This document shows, in pieces, positions 46,461 to 54,907 of a stretch of 58,850 nucleotides of DNA. Both the position numbers and the translations under genes were made by a program. Source of the DNA: a virus; the IMG/VR virus record IMGVR_UViG_3300012347_000370, positions 1-58,850 of that record; one strand, given 5' to 3'. Each line of letters begins with the position of its first letter. Positions within the stretch are counted from its first letter, which is position 1. Under the pieces are notes generated by a model, which saw only the letters and a list, made by a program, of their open reading frames with translations, did no database searches and was not told the origin of the DNA.

Positions 46461-47895
46461 TTACACAGCCCCGCCCACCTGCGCTCGCTTCATGAAGAGC
46501 CAGAGCTTCGGGCGCCTCATCGCCGGACCGGTCGGCTCGGGCAAGACGACCGCATGTCTTTTCGAGCTGTTCCGGCGTGCGCTTGAGCAGCATCCGGCCC
46601 CTGACGGCCTGCGCTACACGCGCTTCGCCATCGTGCGCCAGACCTTGAAGCAGCTCAAGGACACCGTCCTGAAGGACATCCTCGACTGGCTGAAGGGCGT
46701 GGCCACCTACAAAGTCACCGACAACACGATCTACGTCCAGTTCGGCGACGTGCGATCCGAGTGGGTTCTGATCCCTCTCGACAACCCGGAAGACCAGGCC
46801 CGCCTGCTCTCCATGCAGCTCACCGGCGCGTGGATGTCGGAGTGCATCGAGATGGACGTCGCGCTGATCAGCCCGCTCGCTGGCCGCTGCGGACGCTACC
46901 CGGGCGCGACTCTGGGCGGCTGCACCTGGATGGGCATCATCGCCGACACCAACATGCCCTCCGAGGGCTCGTCCTGGCACAAGTTCATGGAGCTCGAAGT
47001 TCCGGCCGACTGGCAGATCTTCATCCAACCGGGTGGCATGGACGACGACGCCGAGAACCTCGAGTGGCTGACCCAGACCCCCGACACGCTGCTCCTGCCG
47101 CCCACGGATGAGCGGCGGCGCGATCAGGGGCGGGAGTACTACAAGCGGTTCATCCGCTCGAACTCCCCCGACTGGTGCAAGCGGTACGTCCACGCCCAGT
47201 TCGGCGACGACCCGTCGGGCTCGGCCGTGTTCCGCGAGTCCTTCAAGCAGCACTGGCATGTGGTGGACGAACTCGAGCCGATCTCGTCCTACCCGCTGAT
47301 CGTCGGCCTCGACTTTGGGCGCGACCCCTGCGCGGTCATCTGCCAGCCCGATCACAGGGGGCGGCTTCTGGTCCTCGAGGAGGTCATCGCCGAGGACATC
47401 GGCCTGGAGCTCCAGCTCCAGCGGGCGATCAAGCCTGCGCTCATGCAGGAACGCTACATCGGCAAGAGCGTGTACATCGTGGGTGACCCCGCCGGACGCC
47501 AGCGGTCGACCCTCTACGAGGAGACGTCCTTCGACCTGATCAAGCGCGAGGGGCTGATGGCCTACCCCGCCCCGACCAACGACATCGCCAAGCGCATCAA
47601 CGCGGTCGAGAGCTGGCTGCTGGGCTCACGGGACGGCGGACCGGCCATGCTGATCGACCGGGAACGCTGCCCCACGCTCGTGCGGGCGCTGTCCGGCGGC
47701 TACCGGTATGGGCGCACGCGCGGTGGTCAGCGCAAGCCCCTGCCCGACAAGAACGAGTACAGCCACGTCATGGACGCCTTCCAGTATGCCTGCTCGGCGG
47801 CCCACGGCGGGATGACGGATATGATCGCCAACCGCATGAGCCGCCGTCACAGGAGCAGCGACCGCCAGAGGATCAGCGCCTCGGCCTGGACGTAA
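46435..47895 (+). CDS. terL: Terminase large subunit (start 46435 or 46447)
   Basis: Walker A is GPVGSGKT. It has nuclease-domain acidic motifs (VGLDFGRD, IVGDPAG). Confidence 0.85.
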   Translation: MSSKMVAINYTAPPTCARFMKSQSFGRLIAGPVGSGKTTACLFELFRRALEQHPAPDGLRYTRFAIVRQTLKQLKDTVLKDILDWLKGVATYKVTDNTIYVQFGDVRSEWVLIPLDNPEDQARLLSMQLTGAWMSECIEMDVALISPLAGRCGRYPGATLGGCTWMGIIADTNMPSEGSSWHKFMELEVPADWQIFIQPGGMDDDAENLEWLTQTPDTLLLPPTDERRRDQGREYYKRFIRSNSPDWCKRYVHAQFGDDPSGSAVFRESFKQHWHVVDELEPISSYPLIVGLDFGRDPCAVICQPDHRGRLLVLEEVIAEDIGLELQLQRAIKPALMQERYIGKSVYIVGDPAGRQRSTLYEETSFDLIKREGLMAYPAPTNDIAKRINAVESWLLGSRDGGPAMLIDRERCPTLVRALSGGYRYGRTRGGQRKPLPDKNEYSHVMDAFQYACSAAHGGMTDMIANRMSRRHRSSDRQRISASAWT

Positions 47896-48106
47896 CCTCA
47901 GAGGTAACGCGCACGACTGGCACGACATTGCGCTCGAGCCAGTCCTGCACGTCCTTCTCGCGGTACATCACGTTCTTCCCGCACTTCACAAAATCAGGCC
48001 CCTGCTTGAGCCGCCGCCACTCGCGCAACGTCTCAACGCTCAGGTCCAATGTCTCGGCCAACTCGTCAGGCGTGACCAACCCCAACCTGCTACGCAACCG
48101 CTCCAT
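47873..48106 (-). CDS. xis: Excisionase/AlpA-like HTH protein (77 aa)
   Basis: MERLRSRLGLVTPDELAETLDLSVETLREWRR..., directly downstream of int. Its 3' end overlaps the terL 3' end by 23 nt. Confidence 0.6.
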   Translation of the reverse strand: MERLRSRLGLVTPDELAETLDLSVETLREWRRLKQGPDFVKCGKNVMYREKDVQDWLERNVVPVVRVTSEVTSRPRR

Positions 48107-48183
48107 GATGAGCCCCCATTGAGGGTGCGGAACATGGATCTTACGATGGTTTGAGTCAAGATTTCTGGAACCTTTGCAATGGG

Positions 48184-49221
48184 TTACCGGTGCAAAGTTA
48201 CAGGATTGATGTGAGTGTACCTCTTCAAATTCTTCCAAGACCGGTGGCCAGAGACAACTGCAACTTCCTCAATCCGGTACCCGGACTCGAACAATCTAGA
48301 GATGCCGTCGTGCCGTAAATCATGAAAGCGGAGGTCTGAAATTCCTTTCCCTGCGACGGCTAATCCAAACGCGGCGGACACGGTCGTCACGCCATAAGGG
48401 AAAACCCTACCCCGTCGTCGAAAAGCACTATTTGCTTTGCTTATGAGCTCGCACGGGTCAATGACGTTACCCCTGTAGGTAACCGGTCCTACGAGCAGTG
48501 GAACGCGGTCATCTCGCCCAGTTTGGGTCGTCGGGTCTTTGCGATTTCTGATCCAGATCGTCCGGGATTTCGGATCGTAATCCTCCCAGGTGATGCCCAG
48601 GATTTCGCCAAGTCGCATCGTTGTGCAGATCGCGAAGAGCACGATGTCCATCATCGGCACGCTGGAGCGCGGCCGGTCGCGGAACCACTCCTCGAGCTGC
48701 ATGAGCTCGTCCTCGGTGGGGCGGCGCGTGCGCTCCTCGGGGTCGCCGACCACGCCCATCACGCGCAATGATTTGATGGTGGCCGTGACCGCAGCGCGGG
48801 CGCGCATAGCCTCCTCGTTCTCGCAAAGCACCGCGCCGTGCTCGATGGCCGTGCCCAGATAGGACAGCTCCTGGAGGATCGTCGCGGGGCCAACCCCATC
48901 GCGGGAGCGCGTCGCAGCATAGTCCGACACGGCACGGGTGCCGATCTCAGTCATCCGCCAGTCGCCCCAGTATTCGAGGAGGCGCTCCATGACATGCTGC
49001 TTGGTGCGTCCACCCGGCCGGCTCATGCGAGAGTATTCGCTGTACAGCTCTCTGTACATGAGGTGCGGATTCTTGGACGACGTCTTGTGCAGCGTCTCCT
49101 CTTGATTTCGAGACCAGATCACGGCCTCATTCTTGGTGCGGAAGGTCTTGGAGACGGCAGGCTTATCCTTGAGGCGCACCTGAGCACGCCAGCCGGAGCT
49201 GATCTTGTAGATGGATGCCAT
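48184..49221 (-). CDS. int: Tyrosine recombinase (phage integrase)
   Basis: MRLGEI (Arg I), FHDLRHDG (HxxR) and LKRYTH (Tyr). Confidence 0.9.
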   Translation of the reverse strand: MASIYKISSGWRAQVRLKDKPAVSKTFRTKNEAVIWSRNQEETLHKTSSKNPHLMYRELYSEYSRMSRPGGRTKQHVMERLLEYWGDWRMTEIGTRAVSDYAATRSRDGVGPATILQELSYLGTAIEHGAVLCENEEAMRARAAVTATIKSLRVMGVVGDPEERTRRPTEDELMQLEEWFRDRPRSSVPMMDIVLFAICTTMRLGEILGITWEDYDPKSRTIWIRNRKDPTTQTGRDDRVPLLVGPVTYRGNVIDPCELISKANSAFRRRGRVFPYGVTTVSAAFGLAVAGKGISDLRFHDLRHDGISRLFESGYRIEEVAVVSGHRSWKNLKRYTHINPVTLHR

Positions 49222-49409
49222 GGCTTCCCTGTGCAGTCCGTGTGCACTGAATGTGGCGGGAAACCGACATTACCCATGTCGCAAACGGGTGTCAAACCGC
49301 GTCGGTAATCTTGTAACTAACTGATAACCCAGTGGTTTTTCCCGGTTTTCAGCCGTCGCCCGAGAGAGGCGGAATAAATGCAAATCCCATGTCCCATGGG
49401 CGCAATAAT

Positions 49410-49439
49410 ATAACCCGGCCAGTTACCTAGCCGGGTTAT
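49410..49439 (-). terminator. Terminator-like hairpin ending the fibre cassette
   Basis: ATAACCCGGC-N10-GCCGGGTTAT, followed on the - strand by ATTATT. It lies 19 nt past stop 49458. Confidence 0.55.
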
Positions 49440-49457
49440 GGTGCAATTTTTGTGCAC

Positions 49458-49799
49458 TCAGGCCGCGTCTTCGGGGATCACGACCGTGATGAAGTTGACG
49501 CTTGCCGACTTCGCTTTCGGGAATGTTTCGATGGTGCCACCCGAGAAGGTCACCTCGAACTCGCCCTGATGCTCGCCCGCGACGGCGGTGTCGCCAGCGC
49601 GCCAGGCGAAGCGTACCACTCCGGTGGTCGCGTCGACGACGGTGGCCGGGGCGCGGGAGACGAGCACAGTGCCATCCTCGCCGCGCATGTTGAAGACCAC
49701 GGTTGCGCCAGCCAGCGAGACAGGCGCCTTCTTTGCATCGAGGAGCTGGACCTCAAGAACCGGGCCAGTGTCGTTGCGTTTGATCAGAAATTCAGCCAT
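49458..49799 (-). CDS. BppU-N/Ig-like small tail protein (113 aa)
   Basis: The pattern NDTGP..V.L.D...PV.L.GATV.F.M....G......A..VD...G.V.F.W..GDT...G resembles baseplate upper protein N-domains. Confidence 0.45.
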   Translation of the reverse strand: MAEFLIKRNDTGPVLEVQLLDAKKAPVSLAGATVVFNMRGEDGTVLVSRAPATVVDATTGVVRFAWRAGDTAVAGEHQGEFEVTFSGGTIETFPKAKSASVNFITVVIPEDAA

Positions 49800-49800
49800 G

Positions 49801-52635
49801 TCACGACCCGTTGCTGGCGATTACGATGTAGTTGGGAGTGCTTTTCAGCAATACGCTCCCGGGCTTCTCAGTCAAGATCTCAGCAGACGAAGCTCCGCCG
49901 CCAGAGAACTGAACGCTTCCAGCGCCACCGGACAGCAAGACCACCGGATACTCGCTCGAGCCGTCGAAGTCTGCTTGCGTCGCCCCGGACGAAAACACCA
50001 CGGTGCTCGAGGTGTCCTCGCCCAGGCGGACGATGCGCCCGAGGTTCAACTGCTGCGCCACTGCCGTGAGGCTGAACCCGACCTGGATCAGGGCCGCGCC
50101 GCGAGCTGCAAGCTGCGCGATGGCAGCGCCCTCGATGACCAGCTCCCCGGAGGCAGTCCCGCGCGCCACGCGCTTGGCGATGGCCGAGCCATCCAGCGGC
50201 AGCGAACCAGCGATGGTCCCGAGGTTCAGCACCGCGCCTTGGATAGTCGGCTCGACGACGAAGACGGCGGAGGCGTTACCTGTCAGGGTAACTGCGCCAG
50301 CGCCGGAGCTCGACACGGAGAAGATACCGGCCGCCGAGCCGCGAACGGTCTTGAAGGCCACCGCCGTACCTGCGAGCGGCAACGAACCGCTGGTGGTACC
50401 CGCAACGCGCGCCAGGGCGGTGGCGCTCTGCGAAAGCTCCAGAGTCGCGGTGAGCGAGCCCTGGGCGGGCACAATCGCGTCGCTCGCGCCGGTCAGCTCG
50501 AGGTCAAGGTCGACCTCGGCCGAGAGGGAGACAGCCCCGACGCCGCTTCCCTCGAAGGGCACGGTGACCGAGGAAGTGCCGAGCACGCGGGCAGCGGCAC
50601 TGGCAGCGCCAGCGAAGGACATCTCGCCGCTGACCGAAGCAAGGTTGCGCACGCCCCCGGTGAATACGAGCTCGAACTCAACAGCGTCGTCCACCGACCC
50701 GGTGACGAGCACCACACCCTCGGCCAGCCCCGCAAAGGCGACCTGAGCGTCAACCGAGGCGAAGATGAAGGGGAGACCAGTGACGGTGCCCTCGGCCAAG
50801 CCCGTGAGCTCGACAGTGCCGCTGGCTTGGACGATGGTGCCCAGGTTCTCGGTGACCGTGCCTTCAGCAGAGCCGGCAAAGCCAACGGTGCCCTCGGCAG
50901 AGCCGGTGCTGACCGACTGGACGATACCCTCCGCAGAGCCGCTGACGTCGACCGAGCCGTCCGCAGAGCCTCCGATGCCCGTCAGGACCACATAGCGCAG
51001 GATGACGATGCCGTCGCCGCCACGGCCCGACTGGAAGGTGGTGGAGGCCGACCCGACGCCGCCCGAACCGCCGCCCGAGTTGGGAGCGGCGCTCAGCGTG
51101 CTTGCGCCGTAGCGACCTGCTGAGCCGCCACCCGAAGCCGCGCCATTGGTCGTCGAGCTCCCGCCCGCACCGCCACCGCCACCGCCGAACGGGATGGGGT
51201 AGTCGTAGATGGCGTAGGAGGCCGCGACACCGCCGTCGCCGCCCTTCGAGCCTGTGCCCGAGGTGCCGTTTCCGCCAGCGCCCCCAGAGCCACCGCCACC
51301 GCCAGCATATCCGGTGGTGCCGTTACCGTTGCCGCCGCCGTTGCCCTGCCCCGAAGTGCCTGCGGCCCCCGCATTGGTCGTCGAACCACCGCCACCGCCA
51401 CCGCCGGAGCCACCGCTCACTGGGGCAGTGTTGTGCGCACCGCCATAGCCGCCGCGCGTGGCCGTCAGCCCGTTGAACGTGGTGCTGGTACCGAGGTTGC
51501 CCCTGGCAGTGCCCGTGCCCGTCGTCGATGCGCCGCCGACACCGATGACGATGGGGTATGACCCTGCGTCGAGAGTGATCGGGCTGCCGATGTTGTTGAG
51601 CACACCGCCCGCACCGCCACCGCCACCGCCGCCAGCGTTGATGCTTCGGCCGCCGGACGCGCCGCCGCCGACAAGGACGTATTCGACGTTGGAGATGCTG
51701 CTCTCGGCCGTGAACGTCCCGTCGGAGACGAACACATGGTAGCGATAGGGCGTCCCGCCGATGGTCTCGTCGAAGGTCGTGTTGGCCGTCGGGATGAACG
51801 ACGCCGGATAGCGGACGAGAACGATACCGTCACCGCCCTTGCCGGAGATCGTGCTCCCGCCACCAGCAGCAGCATAGGTGCTGGCCACAGCACCGCCGCC
51901 CCCACCAAGACCGTTCGTGCCGGGGTTGCCGGCACCGCCCATCTTACCTGCGCCGCCGCCACCAGAGCCACCAGTGCCTACGTTACTCCCGCTGCCGGTT
52001 GCACCACCACCACCGCCATACGTCGTAGACGTCCCAGAAATCGTCGATGCGACGCCAGCGCCGCCATTTCGCACGGAAGCAGCCGCAGAAGCACCGCCGC
52101 CGCCACCGCCCGAGTGGGAGATGCTCGAGGAGTAGGAGCCAGCGGCACCGTTGGTGCCCTGCCCCGAAGTGCCCGTCCCGGCGACACGGTTGGCAGCAGT
52201 GCTGGAGCCCCCGCCGCCACCGCCCGAGCCACCATTTCGTCCGGGTGCGCCTGGACTGCCGCCACCGCCACCGCCGACTGCGGTCAGTCCTGCAAAGGTG
52301 GAGTTCCCGCCGTTGTTCCCCTGCCCTGTCGCTCCAGCACCGCCGACGCCGATGGTGACCGGGTACGAGCCGGCGGTCAGCGTGAGCGGAGATGCAGAAG
52401 TGTTCCAGAGGGCACCGCCAGCGCCGCCGCCGCCAGCACTGCCCGAGGGGCCGGATGTGCCCGAGTTCACCCCGGTGCTGCGCCCACCCGAGCCGCCACC
52501 TGCAACCAGCAGGTATTCGATGTCGGCGCCGCCTTCGGTGACTGTGAGGGTGTCGTCAGCCGTGAACGTATGGAGCCGCCAGAGTTTTCCGGCGTCCCAG
52601 ATGTAGCTGATCGAACCCCCGGTCGCCTTCGTCAT
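49801..52635 (-). CDS. Glycine-rich fibre/receptor-binding-type protein (944 aa) with internal duplication
   Basis: Two copies of a module ([WY]R.H.F...(D/G)T(L/F)T.....(I/V)EY(L/V)LV(A/G)GG(G/A)SGGRS...GGGGGAGG..L.AGSYP(V/I).IGVGG). Confidence 0.7.
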   Translation of the reverse strand: MTKATGGSISYIWDAGKLWRLHTFTADDTLTVTEGGADIEYLLVAGGGSGGRSTGVNSGTSGPSGSAGGGGAGGALWNTSASPLTLTAGSYPVTIGVGGAGATGQGNNGGNSTFAGLTAVGGGGGGSPGAPGRNGGSGGGGGGSSTAANRVAGTGTSGQGTNGAAGSYSSSISHSGGGGGGASAAASVRNGGAGVASTISGTSTTYGGGGGATGSGSNVGTGGSGGGGAGKMGGAGNPGTNGLGGGGGAVASTYAAAGGGSTISGKGGDGIVLVRYPASFIPTANTTFDETIGGTPYRYHVFVSDGTFTAESSISNVEYVLVGGGASGGRSINAGGGGGGGAGGVLNNIGSPITLDAGSYPIVIGVGGASTTGTGTARGNLGTSTTFNGLTATRGGYGGAHNTAPVSGGSGGGGGGGSTTNAGAAGTSGQGNGGGNGNGTTGYAGGGGGSGGAGGNGTSGTGSKGGDGGVAASYAIYDYPIPFGGGGGGAGGSSTTNGAASGGGSAGRYGASTLSAAPNSGGGSGGVGSASTTFQSGRGGDGIVILRYVVLTGIGGSADGSVDVSGSAEGIVQSVSTGSAEGTVGFAGSAEGTVTENLGTIVQASGTVELTGLAEGTVTGLPFIFASVDAQVAFAGLAEGVVLVTGSVDDAVEFELVFTGGVRNLASVSGEMSFAGAASAAARVLGTSSVTVPFEGSGVGAVSLSAEVDLDLELTGASDAIVPAQGSLTATLELSQSATALARVAGTTSGSLPLAGTAVAFKTVRGSAAGIFSVSSSGAGAVTLTGNASAVFVVEPTIQGAVLNLGTIAGSLPLDGSAIAKRVARGTASGELVIEGAAIAQLAARGAALIQVGFSLTAVAQQLNLGRIVRLGEDTSSTVVFSSGATQADFDGSSEYPVVLLSGGAGSVQFSGGGASSAEILTEKPGSVLLKSTPNYIVIASNGS

Positions 52636-52838
52636 TCGGCTGAGACCTCATCAGGAGGGGGTTGGAAACCGCCCTCGGTCGTCCAGGTCCAGTCGATGGC
52701 CGGATACTGATCCATGGTTTCAACCTCCACCCACACGCCAGGGTAGAGGTCAGGATTCTGGTCGATGCGCTCGCGCGTCACACGACGGACGTCGGTGACC
52801 ACGCCGTCAGTCACCTGAGCGAAGTAGCCAGTCGACAT
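52632..52838 (-). CDS. Hypothetical protein (68 aa)
   Basis: Overlap-coupled to the glycine-rich gene. Confidence 0.55.
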   Translation of the reverse strand: MSTGYFAQVTDGVVTDVRRVTRERIDQNPDLYPGVWVEVETMDQYPAIDWTWTTEGGFQPPPDEVSAE

Positions 52839-52848
52839 CGGCCAGCCC

Positions 52849-53250
52849 TCACGCGCCGCCGGCGGTCAGGGTGAAGGCCGTGACGGTGACCTGCTGACCG
52901 GTCGCGATGCTGGTGTTGTCCAGCGTCATGTCGCCACCGCCGCCGGTCGCGGTGACCGTGCCCTGGATGTGGCAGGTGCCGCCCTGCTTGATCCGGAAGT
53001 GACCGGCCGTGCCCGTCGCATCAGCGGACGTGTCCTGCCAGGTGCCCAGCAAAGTCTTTGCACCATTGGATGCTGCCGAGAGCCAATCGGCCGGCAGCGG
53101 AAGGGTCGCCAGCACAGTGCCGGTATCGGCAGCGGCGGCGTTCAGCGGGACCGCACCCGAGCGGATCTCCAGCGTGGGAGAGGTGCCAATCGTGGATTCG
53201 ATGGCATCGAGGGCTGCGTTACGGGTCGCGGTCGAGAGTTGGAAAACCAT
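52849..53250 (-). CDS. Hypothetical fibre-cassette protein (133 aa)
   Basis: First gene of the - strand cassette leaving the control hub. Confidence 0.6.
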   Translation of the reverse strand: MVFQLSTATRNAALDAIESTIGTSPTLEIRSGAVPLNAAAADTGTVLATLPLPADWLSAASNGAKTLLGTWQDTSADATGTAGHFRIKQGGTCHIQGTVTATGGGGDMTLDNTSIATGQQVTVTAFTLTAGGA

Positions 53251-53930
53251 CGTCAGATCCTCTGCTGTGCGCGAGGTCAGGCTTCGTTACCTCGCCAGGT
53301 AATCGTTGACCCGTATAGCAGATGAGCTGAAGTGAAACAAGGTTGCTTTCAAGTAATCGTTTTATGGTGTGATGGTTACATTTTGTATTTTGAGGTTCTG
53401 CGTGTTTGCAAGGTACCTAAAAAAGGCACCCCCCGCCCCGGCCCCCCCTGTCCAGATGGGGGTGGGGGTACCCCGTGAGGTAATGCCGCCGTTACTAGGG
53501 TGTAACCAGTGAATGATCAGACAGTAACCGCCCACACTAGGGCAGGACAGCGAACCTTCCCCGCTGATCATAATGGGATAGGCGATGGTGGACTGATGGT
53601 CTGCTTGGGGTCTGGCGCACCTACTTACCTGCAAAGGTAACGGTAGCCTAGGGCAAGGATAAACGGTGTCGCCACCGCCTTGCGGATCGCATGGTCGCCC
53701 CGCCGGGGCCGCGCATGACGCGGATAATATCAAACGACAGCCCGCGCGCATACCAGTCTAAGCGCGACCGGATAACGGTGAGTGAACGGGGTTTGGCAGC
53801 CCCTAGTAAAAGCCGCGACACGTCACCCTGACAAGGTGACTTCCCATCAAGACATTCAGCGGCGGCGGCGGCGGGCAAAGGACAAAGGTTAAGGTGGAGC
53901 AAACCTAGACACTCCACCGATATCTTTCAC

Positions 53931-53955
53931 GGTAACACCATCGCACGGTGTTACC
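53931..53955. promoter_or_regulatory. 9-bp-arm palindrome GGTAACACC-ATCGCAC-GGTGTTACC
   Basis: Perfect inverted repeat. Its core, CACCATCGCACGGTGTT, recurs exactly at 54418..54434. Confidence 0.6.
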
Positions 53956-53982
53956 TTGCAAGGTATCACGAAAGGATGCGTC

Positions 53983-54234
53983 ATGGCTCAACGCTGGATG
54001 CAAGCGAAGATGATCACCGCCCGCAAGAACGGTATCACCATCTCGGGATGTAATCGTGCGATGGGCGGCGTGATGGATGATCGCCCGCTCGGCCCGACAA
54101 AAGAGGCGACGTTGTTCAAGCCCATCGCCAAGCGCAAGGACGCGCCGATGGTTGTGCGGCTCGCACCGTCCGACCGTCCCAAGGCATGGGGCGCCACGAA
54201 GAAGGCCCGCCGCGCCGCTAACCCGCGCAGGTAA
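53983..54234 (+). CDS. Small basic protein (83 aa)
   Basis: SD is AAGGA. ATG 53983 is in frame with track ORF 53956..54234. The stop lies inside GGTAAC. Confidence 0.55.
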   Translation: MAQRWMQAKMITARKNGITISGCNRAMGGVMDDRPLGPTKEATLFKPIAKRKDAPMVVRLAPSDRPKAWGATKKARRAANPRR

Positions 54235-54338
54235 CGTGTGTGATGGTGCGACCGTTCAACCTGTAGATGACGGTCGAACAATGTGAGAACATCGGCAGGG
54301 AGAGACGCCAGCGGGCTGTTCCTCTCTATCTATATCAA

Positions 54339-54358
54339 TAATCTTTAATCTTTAATCT
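54339..54358. repeat. AT-rich heptamer repeat (TAATCTT x ~3)
   Basis: TAATCTTTAATCTTTAATCT. A 14-bp inverted copy lies at 54460..54473. Confidence 0.8.
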
Positions 54359-54417
54359 ACAAAACAGGTAGGGCGACCCAAATTCCGGTCCGACGGGGGT
54401 GACCCTGCGCCCCGTAT

Positions 54418-54434
54418 CACCATCGCACGGTGTT
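54418..54434. repeat. Second copy of the 17-bp element CACCATCGCACGGTGTT
   Basis: Exact match to 53936..53952. Confidence 0.85.
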
Positions 54435-54459
54435 CGCCGAAACAGCCCTAGACGTTTTG

Positions 54460-54473
54460 AAGATTAAAGATTA
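54460..54473. repeat. Inverted copy (AAGATTAAAGATTA) of the TAATCTT repeat
   Basis: Reverse complement of 54339..54352. Confidence 0.8.
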
Positions 54474-54546
54474 TCGAGAAATCGTGTAATATCAAAGGGT
54501 TACGCGATCTCGACCTGCGTTAATCTGCAAACTGTGAAAATTTCAT

Positions 54547-54562
54547 CTGTCACTATTGACAG
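54547..54562. promoter_or_regulatory. Operator-like perfect palindrome CTGTCA-CTAT-TGACAG overlapping the -35
   Basis: Seen directly. A second, imperfect copy lies at 54589..54604. Confidence 0.55.
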
Positions 54563-54584
54563 CAACCTAGCAGGTTACTAATTC
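54556..54584 (+). promoter_or_regulatory. sigma70-like early promoter (TTGACA-N17-TAATTC)
   Basis: Consensus -35 with a 17-nt spacer that contains AACC-TAGCA-GGTTAC; upstream of gene 54621. Confidence 0.5.
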
Positions 54585-54588
54585 ATGG

Positions 54589-54604
54589 CTGTCAACTGTG
54601 ACAT
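54589..54604. promoter_or_regulatory. Second operator-like site CTGTCA-ACTG-TGACAT (followed by TTGACAG)
   Basis: Lies just downstream of the -10 of the 54556 promoter. Confidence 0.5.
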
Positions 54605-54620
54605 TTGACAGGGGAAAGCC

Positions 54621-54842
54621 ATGCCCAAATCGACCCCCAAAACGGCCAATGAACTGGCCACCTCGCTTGCCGCGCTGCTTGCCGAACGCGCCGTCTTGAA
54701 GGCCCGTCAACGCACCATCGCGATCAAGATCAAGCGCATTCGTGCCGCGCTTGACCGCCACCCATCGGTGACCATCGCACAACCGATGGACTCCACCCCC
54801 GATCCGTTCGCTGACTTGGATAGCATCCTCGGCGACGAGTAA
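54621..54842 (+). CDS. First early-arm protein (73 aa, helical, basic N-terminus)
   Basis: SD is GGGGAAAG. The stop TAA lies in TAACCCGCGCAGGTAACG. Confidence 0.6.
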   Translation: MPKSTPKTANELATSLAALLAERAVLKARQRTIAIKIKRIRAALDRHPSVTIAQPMDSTPDPFADLDSILGDE

Positions 54843-54907
54843 CCCGCGCAGGTAACGCGCTCTCATCAACGCCCCCACCACGGGCACCCCACGGAAGGAA
54901 CCCCACT

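Noticed and set aside
53419-53475. Possible minus-strand intrinsic terminator (G/C tracts plus a T6 run).
   Set aside because: The only good stems are either far (about 16 nt) from the T-run or enclose a 24-nt loop, so the structure is not canonical. It is mentioned only as part of the structured region.
53362-53917. Minus-strand ORFs 53362..53751 (129 aa) and 53648..53917 (89 aa) in the control hub.
   Set aside because: Their composition is implausible (Cys/Leu/Arg/Pro/Gly-rich), they lack initiation signals, and they overlap each other. I treat the region as non-coding or structured.
49222-54620. tRNA genes or tRNA-derived att core in the non-coding gaps.
   Set aside because: No T-loop (GTTCGAATC-like) or cloverleaf-compatible segment was spotted by eye. 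This needs tRNAscan-SE or ARAGORN to exclude properly.
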